Notes: generated by a model not told the origin, from the letters alone. Positions 9,756 to 21,408 are shown, numbered from the stretch's first letter. The stretch is DNA of 64,000 nt from Candidatus Eiseniibacteriota bacterium (GCA_963792585.1 CAWBWI010000001.1:1792001-1856000), one strand, 5' to 3'. Numbers and translations are program-made.

Positions 9756-11164
9756 ATGAGATCGCTCATCTGCATCGCCGCCGTTGTCCTCGTCTCGATG
9801 CTGTCGATCCCGACTCCCGCTCCCGCGGCGCCCTACTGGAGCCCGGCGGAGATCGAGGCTTGGTACGCCCGATCCGATGCGCCGCCGGAGATTTCCTCTT
9901 TCCTGTTCCACGCGGCGGTCCTCGCAACAGCCTCTCCTACGCGGATGAGTACGCCCGCATCGTCGCGTTCCTCAGGACCTGGCAGGTTTCGCAGATCGGA
10001 ACCAACTTCGGCGGAATCCGCGAGGGGGAGCACCTACAGAACATTATCCAGACCGACAACACCTCGGAGGCGATCTGGGTCTGGTCGCGCTACTACGAAC
10101 TGACCGGGGACAACCAGTATTACTCGAATATCATCAATGCCTTCACCTACTCGCTCAATCACCCGGCCTACTTGGAAGAGGGCGGAGACACGGAAACGAA
10201 CGGGTACTACCGGATGTACAACTGCGGCTGGGCGGTCTGCGCCGAGCAGAAGTTCCGCGACGTGTACGGAGATCTGACCTACAAGGCGTACGGCGACTCG
10301 TGCGCGGGCTATCTCCGCTACCACACGCTTCGCCACATCAACAACCCTTCCATCGACAACGTCAACACGCATGTCCTCGCCTGGGCCTGTGGCAACCTCT
10401 ACCTGGCGGGCGTCCATGAGGGAAATCAGGCGTGGAAGGACCGCGCCGTCTCCGAGATGCAGACCAAGGTCAAGGTCTGGGTCGAGGCCGATCCGACCCA
10501 GTTGGCCAACGAGGCGTGGGCGATGTCGGGCGGGGCAACGATGTGGGGGCTCTTGAATTCCTACTTCCTGGCGAACCCAGCGGAGGCGCCCACCTGGCTG
10601 GCCACGTACAAGGGGAGCATGGACACCTATGCCAGCCCGGGCGATTTCACGAATGCCTGGAACGGATGGTACGCCTATGGGCACCGGGCCGTAGGGTTGG
10701 CCCTGCATGATAGCGCCCATCTTGCGCTCCATATCGCACTGACCGACACGCTGAAGGCGGAGGACGGCGACGAAGACGGCGGCGTCCCGGCCAAGCCGGC
10801 GGACAGCGACACGATGGACCAGACCTGGGTGTCGAACTATCTCGCGGTCTTCGGCCTGAGCGATGCTCTTGGACCGACGAGCGCGGTGAATGCCGCGATC
10901 CCGGGCACGCGCCTGCCGGTCCTCGACGCCGCTCCGAACCCCTTCACCCGCGGGACCCTTCTCACGTGGAATCCCGGGAGGCAGGGGATCGCGCTGGTAT
11001 CGATCTACGACATGAGCGGGCGCCGCGTGGCGGACCTCCCCGCCGCACCCTCCGGGTCGGCGGCGCTGCAGTGGCGCCCCGAGGGGCTGCCCTCGGGCAC
11101 CTATGTCGCGGTCGTCCGCTCACCGGAAGGAACGGCCTCGCGGAGGATCACCTTCCTCCGCTGA
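9756..11164 (+). CDS. Secreted alpha/alpha-toroid (six-hairpin glycosidase / GH76-like) protein with T9SS-like C-terminal domain; one frameshift near 9910
   Basis: AGGAGG then ATG at 9756 with a signal peptide (MRSLICIAAVVLVSML) in one frame; the body (TDNTSEAIWVWSRYYELTGDNQY) and CTD (APNPF...IYDMSGRRV...LPSGTY) are in the 9728..11164 frame. The fold call is inference. Confidence 0.65.
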
Positions 11165-11286
11165 CGACTCTCTCGCGCCGTCACGGAACCGACCCCGGGC
11201 GATGGTGTATCCACCTCGTCCGGGGTTTCCATCTTGGAGTTCCTGCTCGTCGCCCGTCCAAGGTGGGGACCCCGGCGCGAATTTCA

Positions 11287-11369
11287 TCAGTGAAGAATCA
11301 CGATGCCGCGCGTCACCGGCCTCGCGATCGGCGTTCGCCGGGCGAGACGAATTTCATAGCGACCGCTAG
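11287..11369 (-). pseudogene. Displaced 3' end of the esterase gene, separated from it by IS1380
   Basis: Removing the IS and one CTAG rejoins ...NRLA to SGRYEIRLARRTPIARPVTRGIVILH*, in frame, with the stop at 11287-11289. Confidence 0.85.
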
Positions 11370-13085
11370 CCCGGATTTCTCACCAAGGGGAATAGCAACG
11401 GGCGGACAGATTCGTTTAAAGGGTGTTGTCTACGCACCTACAACGAATCATGAGGTCCGCCCGATGCAGACACACTGTAACTCCGCTCAACTCGCGTTCC
11501 AACCCCTTGGTCGTCGAATCGTAGAGGCCGCTTTCGACGCGGGTCATGTGACTAGCGACGCGGGCGGCCTCCTGCTTCGAGAGATCGCTTCCACCACGCG
11601 GATGATGGAGCGGATCGCCTCCTGCTTCACCGACGCCCGTGATCCTGCCCGGGGCTGAGCATTCCCTCGACGGTCTGATTGCCCAGAGGATTTATGGCCT
11701 GGCCCTCGGCTACGAGGACCTCAACGACCACGATCAGCTCCGTCGGGATCCCCTGCTTGCCGTTCTGGTGGGCAAGACCGACCCGGATGGCCAGGATCGG
11801 GTCCGAGAGCGGGACCGGGGCTGCGCCCTGGCCGGCAAGAGCACTCTGAATCGGTTGGAGCACACTCCTCCCACCGAGCGGGATCGTTATCACCGGATCG
11901 CCTACGACTCTGGAAAGCTCGACCGATTGCTGGTGGATCTGTTCCTGGAGTCCTACGATCACGCCCCTCGACAGATCATTCTGGATCTGGACGCTACGGA
12001 TGACCCGGTGCACGGATCCCAGGAGGAGCGGTTCTTCCACGGCTACTACGGGCACTACTGCTTTCTGCCGCTCTACGCTTTCTGCGGGGAGCACCTGCTC
12101 CTGGCCCGATTGCGGCCGTCGAACATCGATGCCTCTGCGGGGACTGTCAAGGAGTTGGCGCCCATCATTCATCAGATCTGGCAGCGGTGGCCGAGAACCC
12201 AGATCGTCTTGCGTGCGGATTCAGGCTTTGCACGGGAAGAGATCATGGTTTGGTGTGAGGAACAGGGCGTCGACTACGTCTTTGGGTTGGCGAAGAACTC
12301 TCGGTTGATCCGCAAGATTGCCCGGGAGTTGAAACGGGCCCTGAAACGCTATGGCCGGACAGGAAAGCCTGCCCGATTCTTCCGGGACTTCCTTTACCGG
12401 ACCCGAGAGAGCTGGAGTCGATCTCGACGGGTGGTAGGGAAAGCGGAGCATCTGGAGAAGGGGAGCAATCCGAGATTCGTGGTGACCTCTCTTGAATCGG
12501 CACCAGCCCGGGATCTCTACGAAGCCATCTACTGCGCCCGCGGCGAGATGGAGAACCGGATCAAAGAACAACAGCTGGATCTGTTTGCCGACCGGACGAG
12601 CGCGACCAGCATGCGGTCGAATCAGTTGCGACTCTATTTCTCGAGCTTTGCCTACGTCCTGCTGCAGTACCTGCGGCGCGTCGGACTGCGGGGAACGGAA
12701 CTGGCGCGAGCTCAGTGCGGGACGATCCGTCTGAAACTCCTGAAGATCGGCGCCCTCATCGCGGTGAGTGTCCGCCGGATCCGTTTCCGGATGGCCAGCG
12801 GCTATCCACATGCCGACCTGTTCCGCCAAGTGATGGAAAACCTACGACACGATCCGAGTCCAGGCTAATCCCCGAAGGTCCCCGAACACCAAAGATCCGC
12901 GTCGATTACGGAGACAAGGGAGGAGTCTGCCTCGGGCGGACTGGCGCACCTCCCAGGACGCCAGATTCCGGTCTCATGATCGGGAATCGAACGGCGGATG
13001 CGCGACGAGGGGCGCGAGAGAGGATCCATCGTCCTCCGGCACGCCCCTCGATCAGCTTCTTCCTACACCTGGTGAGAAATGCGGG
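11370..13085 (+). mobile_element. IS1380-family insertion sequence (1716 bp) with CTAG target-site duplication
   Basis: Terminal inverted repeats CCCGGATTTCTCACCA (from 11370) and TGGTGAGAAATGCGGG (to 13085), 15/16 match; CTAG at 11366-11369 and 13086-13089. Confidence 0.92.
11464..12868 (+). CDS. IS1380-family DDE transposase; frameshift in the G-run near 11651-11654
   Basis: MQTHC...TSDAGGLLL...FTDARDP in frame 1, continuing as EHS...GYEDLNDHD.LR.DP, LDLDATDDPVHG.QE, LRADSGF and YCARGEMENRIKEQQ. Confidence 0.92.
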
Positions 13086-14491
13086 CTAGCCAACCGGTTC
13101 GCGAACGCGATCCTGCCGTCCCCCGCTTCCCCCCGTCCAACCAGGCGACCGACCATGTCATAGAGCCGCCAGTCGACCGCGCCTTGGGGTGTGACCTGAT
13201 AGCGCACGCTCCCATCCTCCGCCTGCCAAACGCGAATCGGAGAGACCCCGTCCTCGGGTGCGGAAGCCGGATCAAAGAGGACCGTGTAGAGCCCCGACCC
13301 GCCCGATTCCAGGCGCAGGAGGTGTGCGAGAGCGTCGTAATCCCACCCCCCGAACGGAGCTCCGTCCCGGAGGATTGCGGCTGGCGCGGCATGCACGTCC
13401 TTGAAGGACAGGGCCGCGGATCCCGCGTCCGCGATCTCCCAACGGCACGCGAATTGCTCGCCCAGGGGGAAGCCGAGCGGCGCCAGATCGAGGGAGACTT
13501 CCGCGACATTCGCGAGGCAATCGACGTCGACGCGCGATCCGGCCGCATCGACGGCCGCATCGAAGCGGGCGAACGAATCGATCGACCCGCGCATCTTCAG
13601 ATCGGCCCAATACCAGCGCCCTTCTTCGTCCGCGCGAATCGAGATCCGGTCGGGGGCTCGGTCGAGGATGAAGCCTCCCAGGAAATCGCAGATGCGCGAT
13701 TCCTCCGCGCAGACCCATCCGTGTCCCTCGTTCGCGGATTCCCGCAGCTCGACGGCGTCGGCGAAGCCAGCCATGGCCGCATGGAGATCCTCCGCATGCG
13801 CGCGCCAGATGGAATCCGACGAGCCATTTCCAAACGTCAGGTAGAGGGGCAGGTGGCGTGCGTTGATGTGCATGCTCCGCGTGGAGTCTCCGAAGACAAT
13901 TGAGGAGTTGCGGTGGTAGGTGAACGGGACCTGTTCCGGCGTTCCACCGAAGGCACCGACCATCGAGTTGTTGAAGCCCTGCTCGTGGAATCGACGATCG
14001 CAGTCCTGGATGCCCGAGATCGACGCGGCAGCGGCGACCATGGGGCCGTCCGGATCGAGATGATTGTTCGAGAAGACCATCCCCGCCGCGCCCCCCATCG
14101 AGGCGCCGACCATGTAGATCCGATCCGGGTCGACGGCGTATTGCTCCTCGATCCACCGGATCACATCGACCATGTGGGATTGCGCTGCCTGGTTGTTCCA
14201 GTGCGTCGGGGTAGGCCCGCCCATCGCGGCGCAGAGCCAGCCGCGCGCGTCACACTCCTCGTCGAAGGAGGTCGCGTCCCGCATCTCGCGCCATCCGCCG
14301 CCGAGTTGATGCCAGCCGATCAGGATGGGGCAGGGCACGCTGGAGAGGTAGGTCGTGGGAATCTGGAGCCAGAAGGTCTCGGTCGTGTCCCCGAGAGCGG
14401 TCTCGATCGTGATCTCATACTCCTGGCGTGCCCCGCACGGGGCGGGACACGCCAGAATCGCCAGAAGAATCAGAAGCCAAGGACGCGCCAC
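13086..14491 (-). CDS. Secreted alpha/beta-hydrolase (PHB-depolymerase / esterase-like), C-terminal domain interrupted by IS1380
   Basis: Signal peptide; VDPDRIYMVGASMGG nucleophile elbow; GHGW His motif; CTD starts with LYDMVGRLV and runs into the IS end. Confidence 0.85.
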
Positions 14492-14512
14492 CGCACGCCC
14501 TCCATCCCTGCG

Positions 14513-17299
14513 TTACGGAGCCTTCGGAGTCGCCTCGGCCTTGCCCGCGGGCGCCTGCGCGGCCTTGGCGAAATCGCCCGCCTCGACCTTGCAGATCTTC
14601 GCCGGGTCGATGTACTTCTTCATCGCCGCGTTGATCTGCTCGAGCGTCAGCATGCCCACCTTCTTCTCGAGATCGGCGTCCCATGCCAGCGTGCGGCTCT
14701 GGAACTCGCGCTGTCCGAGATTGCGCGCCAGTTCGCGGTCGTTGGAGCGCGAGACCGTTCGCTGCTGCAGCCAGCCCGACTTCGCGTCGGCGACCTCCTG
14801 CGCGCTGAACCCCTTGTCCACGATCGCCGTCGATCTCCTCGTCGAAGGCCGCGACCAGACGCTCGGAGTTCTGCGGCGCGTAGATCGCGACGGCCGCCGA
14901 ACTAGGCGTCCTTGTCGAAGGCGCTGGCGAAGAACGATCGAGCCGACGCCGTAGGAGAGCCCTTCCTTCTGGCGGATCCGCGGACGGCGAGGCGCGAGTT
15001 GAGGAAGCCGCCGCCGGTCATGAAGTTGCCCGAGCACGAGGGCGGGGTAGTCGGGATCGTCGTCCCGGATCGGGAATTCGCAGGCCCGCGCCGAAGACGG
15101 CGCTTTCCTTGTCGGGCGTCTCGATCCGCTCGTGGATCGGCGGGACGGTCCTGCCAGACGTGGCGACGCGCGTGAACGGCTTCGCGGCTCTTCCAGTCGC
15201 CGAAGAGCTCGCGCGGCGAGCGCCTCGCCTGCTGCGGGTCGACGTCGCCGACGACGGCGATCTCTGCCGGCGGACGCGCCGTAGAAGTCGCGCGTGGAAT
15301 CGCTTCACCTCGTCGAGCGTCACGGCCTGGAGCCGCTCGATCTGCTCCTCGGGCGTGCGCGACGTAACGGGGTCGTCCTTCGGGCCAGGGGTTCAGGTGC
15401 TGCTGCGATCGTGGTGAAGGCCTTCTGACGAACGGCTCGCTCTTCGCGTCCTCGAGGGCCGTCAGCTGTCTCCTGCTGGAGCTGCGCGAGCTCCGGTCGC
15501 GGGGAAGGACGGCTCGCGCAGGATCTCGGCAGCGAGCCGCATCGAGTCGGCCAGGTTCTCCCGGGTCGTCTCGATGGCCCGGCGGAGACCTCGGTCGCGC
15601 TGCCGCCGACGCGGATGCGCGTCTTCAGCCGATCGATCTCGTCCTGGATCTGCTGGCGCGTCGTGCTTCTTCGTGCCGCGCTCGAGCAGATCCACCGTCA
15701 TCTCGCCGACGCTGGCGAGACCCTTGAGACTCTGCTCGTCACCCATGCGCAGGGTCATGGCGACTTGGACGCGTCGCACCACGGGTCTTCTTCGGGAGGA
15801 TCACGACCTTCGATTCCGCTCGGGAGAGTCGCTCGCACCACGTCGCGCCTCGATCGCCGTCGGGACTGGCGTCGAACTCCTCGCCCTGAGAAAGCCCCTC
15901 GCCGCCCTTGTAGTCCTTCACCATCGAGGCGACGTCGGGAGTGGCCGGGATTTCGGCCCGCTACGGCTCCTTCGTCGGGATGTAGAGGCCCACGGTTCGG
16001 TTCCCTTGCCTGAGGTAGGCGGAGGCCACGCGCTGGATGTCGGCCGCGGTGACGGCCTTGAGCCGGTCGCGATGGAGGAAGAGTAGCCGCCAGTCGCCCA
16101 TCGCGGACCACTCGGAAAGCCCCACCGCCGCGCGCTCGGTGTTGCGCATCGCCATGTCCCAGCCCTTCAAGAGACGCTCGCGCGCGCGGTCGATCTCCTC
16201 CCCCGTGGGCGGCGCGTTCCCCGCCGCCTCGGTGGTGCGAATCAACTCGTCGCGAACCGGCTCGAGGGGCTGATCGGCGCGCACCTCGGCCCGGGCCATG
16301 AAGAGCGAGGGCTCCGCGAACTGGGCCGCGTCGGCCGAGATGCTCGATGCCATCTTCGTCTCGACGAGAGCCTTGTAGAGCCGGCCCGAGGGCTCGTTTC
16401 CCAGGATGTTGGCGAGCATCTCGAGGGCGGGAAAGTCCGGATGCGAGCCCGCGGGGATGTGGTAGGCCGCCGCCGCGACCTGCGTGTCGCCGACGCGGCG
16501 CAGGGTCACCGTGCGCTCCCCATCCTGCGCCGGCTCGGTGGTATAGGTGACCGGAATCGACCGGGTCGGACGCGGGAGCTTGCCGAATGTGGCCTCGATC
16601 ATGCCCAGCGTCTTCCTTGGATCGAACCGCCCGGCCACCACCAGCACGGCGTTGTCCGGCTGGTACCACTTCCGGTAGAAGGCCTGGAGGTTATCGATCG
16701 GCACGTTCTCGATGTCGGAACGGGCCCCGATGGTCGATTTGCCGTAGTTGTGCCAGAGATAGGCGGTGGAGAAGATCCGCTCTTCCAGGACTTGCGCCAG
16801 GATCGTTCTCGTCGACCTCGAATTCGTTCCGGACGACCGTCATTTCCGAGTCGAGATCCTTCCGGGCGATGAAGCTGTTGACCATGCGATCGGCTTCCAT
16901 GTCGAGCGCCCACGCGAGATTCGAGTCGGTCGCGGCGAAGGTCTCGAAGTAGTTCGTTCGATCGAACCAGGTCGAGCCGTTCGGCCGGCAGCCGTGGGAG
17001 GTCAGTTCCTGCGGGATGTTCGGGTGCCGCGGGGTGCCTTTGAACACCATGTGCTCGAGCAGGTGCGCCATTCCGGTCTCGCCGTATCCTTCGTGCCGAG
17101 ATCCGACGAGGTAGGTGATGCAGACGGTCGCCGTCTCCTTCGAGGGATCGGGGAAGAGGAGAACGCGCATTCCGTTGTCGAGCCGGTACTCCGTGATCCC
17201 CTCGACCGAGGTCACCTGGACCGGCGCGGCAAACGCGGGCGGGGCCGCGAGCGACCCCAGAGTGATCGCGGCCAGCAAGAACAACGAGCAGAGCTTCAT
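14513..17299 (-). CDS. M16 family zinc metallopeptidase (PqqL / insulinase-like) with multiple frameshifts
   Basis: Signal peptide; [14 protein letters not shown] (HxxEH), [46 protein letters not shown]; pieces lie in several frames. Confidence 0.85.
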
Positions 17300-17359
17300 G
17301 GATCCTTCCCTTTCCAATCCTTGGTTCCTGGTGAACTGCGGTCGCGGCCGGACCCTCGC

Positions 17360-19984
17360 TTACTCCATGACGGTGATCTTGGTCGTGGCGACCTTGCCGC
17401 CGACCGCGAGACGGGCGAAGTAGACGCCTCCCGCGACGCGGCTGCCGCGATCATCCCGGCCGTTCCAGACGACCTCGCCCGCGCCGGCACGGCGCGCGCC
17501 GTCCGCGAGCGAACGGACGCGGCGCCCGGCCAGGTCATAGATCTCCAGACGAACGTCCGCCCCCTTCGCGAGGGCGAAGCGGATCGTCGACGCATCGCGG
17601 AGCGGGTTCGGCAACGCGCCGAGTTCGAACCCGGCCGCGGCGAGCGCATCGGGCGCATCCGAGGTCTGCGGCAAGTCAATCTCGTAGATCCCGTTGCCGA
17701 AGGTCGCGGCCCGCATGATCCGATCCTGCGGCCGGATCACGACGTCGAGGACCATCGCGATCGGCATTCCCTGGTTGTAGTCGGTCCAGGAGAGACCGCC
17801 GTCGATAGTGCGGTAGATGCCGAGATCCGTGCCGACGTATACCCAGTTCGGATCGATCGGATCGACCGCGATGCTCTGGACCGGAATGTCGGGAAGGTTG
17901 CCCGAACGATCGGCCCAGGTCAGCCCGGCGTCGGTCGACCTGTAGACGTGCGGGGTGCCGTAGCCCGAGAAGGTGAGCCAGGCATTGAGGCTGTTCCCGC
18001 GATGGTAGGTGATGTCGGTCGGGTAGCGCTGCGGCAGGCCGGCCGTGACGTCCGTCCACCCGGCGCCGCCGTTCGTCGAGCGACGGATCTCGAAGACCGC
18101 CCCCGTGCTGCCGCTGCCGGTCCCGGCCAGCAACGTGTCGGGGCTCGTGAAGGAAACCCCGATAACGGCCATCGGCGTGCCGTTCCAGTTCGAGTTCCCG
18201 TCAGGGAAGCTCCAGCTGCCTCCCCCGTTCGTCGACTTCTGCACCGCCCGCTGGCCGGCATAGAGGATGTTCGGGTTCGTCTCGCAGATCACGAACGGCG
18301 CGATGAAGTTCGCCTCGTTGGAGTTGCCGCCGTGCACCTCGGACCAGTTGCTCCCGCCGTCGGTGCTCTTGTACATGTTCAGGTAGACGTACTCCTCGTA
18401 GAGGACGTTCTCGTTCGACGGGTCGATCGCGCACCAGCCGCCGTCGCCCCCGAAGACCTTCGACCAGGTCGGGGAGCCGGTGTACTTGACCGTCCCGTTG
18501 TCCTGGAGTCCGCCGAGGGCCAGGCTTGCGGTCGCCGTTCCGTTCGCGAACCCGGCGTAGAACTGGGTCGTGACGAAGCCGCCGTTCTTGCCGCCCCAGT
18601 GGACGCCGCCGTCGGTCGATTTGAAGACGCCGCCGTCGGAGCCGACGTAGACGATCTGCGGGTTCGTCGGGTCCCAGACGATCGCGTGCTGGTCGGCGTG
18701 AACGTAGTTGGAGGGTCCCTCCGGTCCGCCCGGCGGGACTTCACCCTCGTAGCCGAGATACCAGAGCGTGATCTGGGGCAAAGTGCTCCCGCCGTTGGTG
18801 CTCCGGTACCAGTCGAGCCCGCCGCAGAAGACGATGTTCGCATTCAGGGGGGAAACGCCCACAACGTTGTCGTACCAGGCCTGCGAACTCGTCCAGTTCG
18901 TGCTGTTGACGTTGGTCCAGGTCGTCCCCTCGTTCGTGCTCTTGAACAGGCCGATGATCTGGCGGCTGCTCGCATCCGAGACTCCCGCGTACAGGATGCG
19001 CGGCGACACCGGAGAGTCGACATGCAACGCAAGCGGCGTGCGGCCGAAGTTGGCCGTCGGCAGCCCTCCGCCGAGCTGTGTCCAGCTCGCTCCGCCGTCG
19101 GTCGTGCGATAAATGCCGGGATCAGGCGTGCTGTTGAGCTGCCCGTGAGATACCCAGACCTTCTGCGGGTTGTACGGATCGACCACCACGTCCATCGCCA
19201 TCAGGGAGGCGTGGGAGAGCGTCCAGTTCGTTCCGGCGTCGGTCGTCTTGTAGAGCCCCTCGCTCGTCGCCGCCCAGAGGACGTTCGAGTCGGTGGGATC
19301 CATCTTGAGGGCCAGAACGGCGCGACTGATGTCGAAGGTCCAGGTCAGACCTGTCTCCTGCCACGTGACGCCGCCGTCTACGCTCTTGAGGATTCCGAGG
19401 CCATAGCTCGAGCGGGCGCCCGGCGTGCCGACCTGCGGCCGGAGATAGCGGCTCATCTCACCGGTGCCGATGTACATTACCTGGGTGTCGTTCGGATCGA
19501 TGACGATCGCGCTCACCGACAGGGACGGGAAGCCCGTCTCGATCCGCGTCCAAGCCGAAGCCCCTTCACCAGCGGACGTCGACTTCCAGAGGCCGCCGCT
19601 CGCCGCGCCACACCAGAGCACGCTCGGGTTGCCGGGGTCGACCGCAAGCGACAGAACCCGTCCGCCTACGTTGTCCGGCCCGATCGAACGCCACTCGGTC
19701 ATCGCATCGCGCGTTCCCGCCGGCATCAGGTTCTCGCGGGAGTAGCGGTAGGCATCGAAGTAGGCCGCCTTCGGGAGCAGCTCGAACGGGTAAGCGCGGG
19801 TGCCGTACCACCATTCGAAGGCCTCCCACGCATGCCCCTCTTCCTTGCGGTCCTTCTCCTCTTCCTCCTTGGGCAACTGGAGACGGGACGGACCCGAGGT
19901 CCGATCGTTTCCGCCAATTTGGATCACGACCACAGCAAGGAGGGCGACGCCGAGCGCCGCGCCGATCCATCGAACCGCTTTCAT
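17360..19984 (-). CDS. Secreted BNR / Asp-box (Vps10, sortilin-like) beta-propeller protein with FlgD-Ig/T9SS-like C-terminal domain
   Basis: WRSIGPDNVGGRV start; many S/T-x-D/N-G-G-x-x-W Asp-boxes; HADQH and GGLQDNG; CTD PNP...IYDLAGRRV...WNGRDDRG...GGVYFARL. Confidence 0.88.
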   Translation of the reverse strand: MKAVRWIGAALGVALLAVVVIQIGGNDRTSGPSRLQLPKEEEEKDRKEEGHAWEAFEWWYGTRAYPFELLPKAAYFDAYRYSRENLMPAGTRDAMTEWRSIGPDNVGGRVLSLAVDPGNPSVLWCGAASGGLWKSTSAGEGASAWTRIETGFPSLSVSAIVIDPNDTQVMYIGTGEMSRYLRPQVGTPGARSSYGLGILKSVDGGVTWQETGLTWTFDISRAVLALKMDPTDSNVLWAATSEGLYKTTDAGTNWTLSHASLMAMDVVVDPYNPQKVWVSHGQLNSTPDPGIYRTTDGGASWTQLGGGLPTANFGRTPLALHVDSPVSPRILYAGVSDASSRQIIGLFKSTNEGTTWTNVNSTNWTSSQAWYDNVVGVSPLNANIVFCGGLDWYRSTNGGSTLPQITLWYLGYEGEVPPGGPEGPSNYVHADQHAIVWDPTNPQIVYVGSDGGVFKSTDGGVHWGGKNGGFVTTQFYAGFANGTATASLALGGLQDNGTVKYTGSPTWSKVFGGDGGWCAIDPSNENVLYEEYVYLNMYKSTDGGSNWSEVHGGNSNEANFIAPFVICETNPNILYAGQRAVQKSTNGGGSWSFPDGNSNWNGTPMAVIGVSFTSPDTLLAGTGSGSTGAVFEIRRSTNGGAGWTDVTAGLPQRYPTDITYHRGNSLNAWLTFSGYGTPHVYRSTDAGLTWADRSGNLPDIPVQSIAVDPIDPNWVYVGTDLGIYRTIDGGLSWTDYNQGMPIAMVLDVVIRPQDRIMRAATFGNGIYEIDLPQTSDAPDALAAAGFELGALPNPLRDASTIRFALAKGADVRLEIYDLAGRRVRSLADGARRAGAGEVVWNGRDDRGSRVAGGVYFARLAVGGKVATTKITVME

Positions 19985-20212
19985 GGGGCTTCCTTTTGCG
20001 AGAGAACCATGCCGGAGGGACCACGCGGGTCCCCCGATGACGTTGTTACATTCATCAATTGTACCGTAGATGGGGGTACCCGAAGGAGCGGATTCTACCC
20101 GCTGAGATCCGCCACAGGTCTGGAATTCGGCTATCCTGGGCCTCGCGGACCCGTTTCTTCATCCACCGCGGGGCGGCTTCGAAGGAGGTCACCGCGGGAC
20201 AGGAGTCTTCCG

Positions 20213-20698
20213 ATGGCCAGGGCGCTAATCCGAACGTTCACAATGGCCGACTATGACGCCGTAACCCGCCTGTGGGGTCTATTCCCAGGCGCGATCGGCG
20301 TCGGACGCTCCGACACGCGACAGGAGATCGAGAAGAAACATGCGCGCGACTCCGACCTCTTTCTCGTCGCCGAGGAGTCGGGGACGATCGTCGGCACCGT
20401 GATCGGAGGATTCGACGGGCGGCGCGGGCTGATCTATCACCTCGCGGTCGACCCGGCACCGGCCCATTGCGGCCTCGGCAGGATCCTGATGGCCGAGGTC
20501 GAACGCCGTCTCGCCGCGAAGGGGTGCATCCGCGCCTACTTGTTGGTGCTGCCCGAGAACGATCGACTGGTTGGCTACTATGCGCACCTCGGCTGGGATG
20601 CGATGCGGATCACGACCATGGCGAAGAACCTGACTTCCCCGGATCACCCGCGGGCCCGCGATGGCGGAGTCTGCGAGGATCGCGCCGACCCCTGCTAG
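20213..20698 (+). CDS. GNAT family N-acetyltransferase (YpeA-like)
   Basis: Real gene at the tail of the 1310-aa shadow ORF; LFLVAE..G.IVGTVIGGFDGRRGLIYHLAVDP...GLGR; AGGAG before the ATG at 20213. Confidence 0.85.
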   Translation: MARALIRTFTMADYDAVTRLWGLFPGAIGVGRSDTRQEIEKKHARDSDLFLVAEESGTIVGTVIGGFDGRRGLIYHLAVDPAPAHCGLGRILMAEVERRLAAKGCIRAYLLVLPENDRLVGYYAHLGWDAMRITTMAKNLTSPDHPRARDGGVCEDRADPC

Positions 20699-21408
20699 GC
20701 GACGCGCGGACGCTTCTGCGTTCGCTTCGTTCCGGGACGATCGAAGCGCCAGCCTTCCTCTTCGAGGATGCGCAGGAGCAGGCCACCTACCTGGGAAGTG
20801 ATCGCCGAGAGGCGCGAGCGGATCACGGGAGTCAACTCGGAACCCGGCTCGACGCGATACGGCTCGATCGCGATCAGATCGGTGCCGTGTTCGGGCACCG
20901 CCTCCTCGAGCCAGAACGGAAGGTGATCGAAGATCTCATGCGGGGCGGGGTGGTAGAAGCGAATCAAGTTCAGCCCTGAGGGGCGACGCTGTTCGAGGTG
21001 CCAGTGCTGCACGTGCCCGGGACTGGCGTCGTGGCAGACCGCATCGATGAGGATCACGCGGCGGCGCCGGTCGAGCGCCGGACGGAGATTCTCGGAGGCC
21101 GTGGCTCCCTCGATCCAATCGACGATCGATCCGAGCTGGTGCTCGGTCGGCTTCACGGGCGCCGTCCCCTCGCGCGCCACCGCCGCGATCCAAGCGTGCT
21201 GCTGCCGTTCATCCACGAAGGCGACCTCGCCGCGCGGGGGCATCTTGCCGTGGAGCGAAGCGGATCGGGTCCCGGCCAAGGCGATCTCACCCAGGAGGGG
21301 GCGTACACGTCCCATCACGCGGAGCGCGAGGCCGTCGTCCGACATTTGCGGATTGCCCATGGCGACGACGGCGACCGGCCGAACCGGACGTCCCGACCTT
21401 TCGTCCAT
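20695..21408 (-). CDS. Hydrogenase-maturation-protease-like protein (HybD/HycI, peptidase A31 fold) with an internal insertion
   Basis: VVAMGNPQMSDDGL, VILIDAV and IAIEP......GSELTPVI motifs. Confidence 0.7.
   Translation of the reverse strand: MDERSGRPVRPVAVVAMGNPQMSDDGLALRVMGRVRPLLGEIALAGTRSASLHGKMPPRGEVAFVDERQQHAWIAAVAREGTAPVKPTEHQLGSIVDWIEGATASENLRPALDRRRRVILIDAVCHDASPGHVQHWHLEQRRPSGLNLIRFYHPAPHEIFDHLPFWLEEAVPEHGTDLIAIEPYRVEPGSELTPVIRSRLSAITSQVGGLLLRILEEEGWRFDRPGTKRTQKRPRVA

Noticed and set aside
11640..11660. Programmed frameshift in the IS1380 transposase
   Set aside because: IS1380 transposases are normally single ORFs; one extra G in a G-run explains the break.
16766..20698. 1310-aa plus-strand ORF
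   Set aside because: Antisense shadow of the BNR protein and M16 genes in GC-rich DNA; only the last 161 codons (GNAT) look real.
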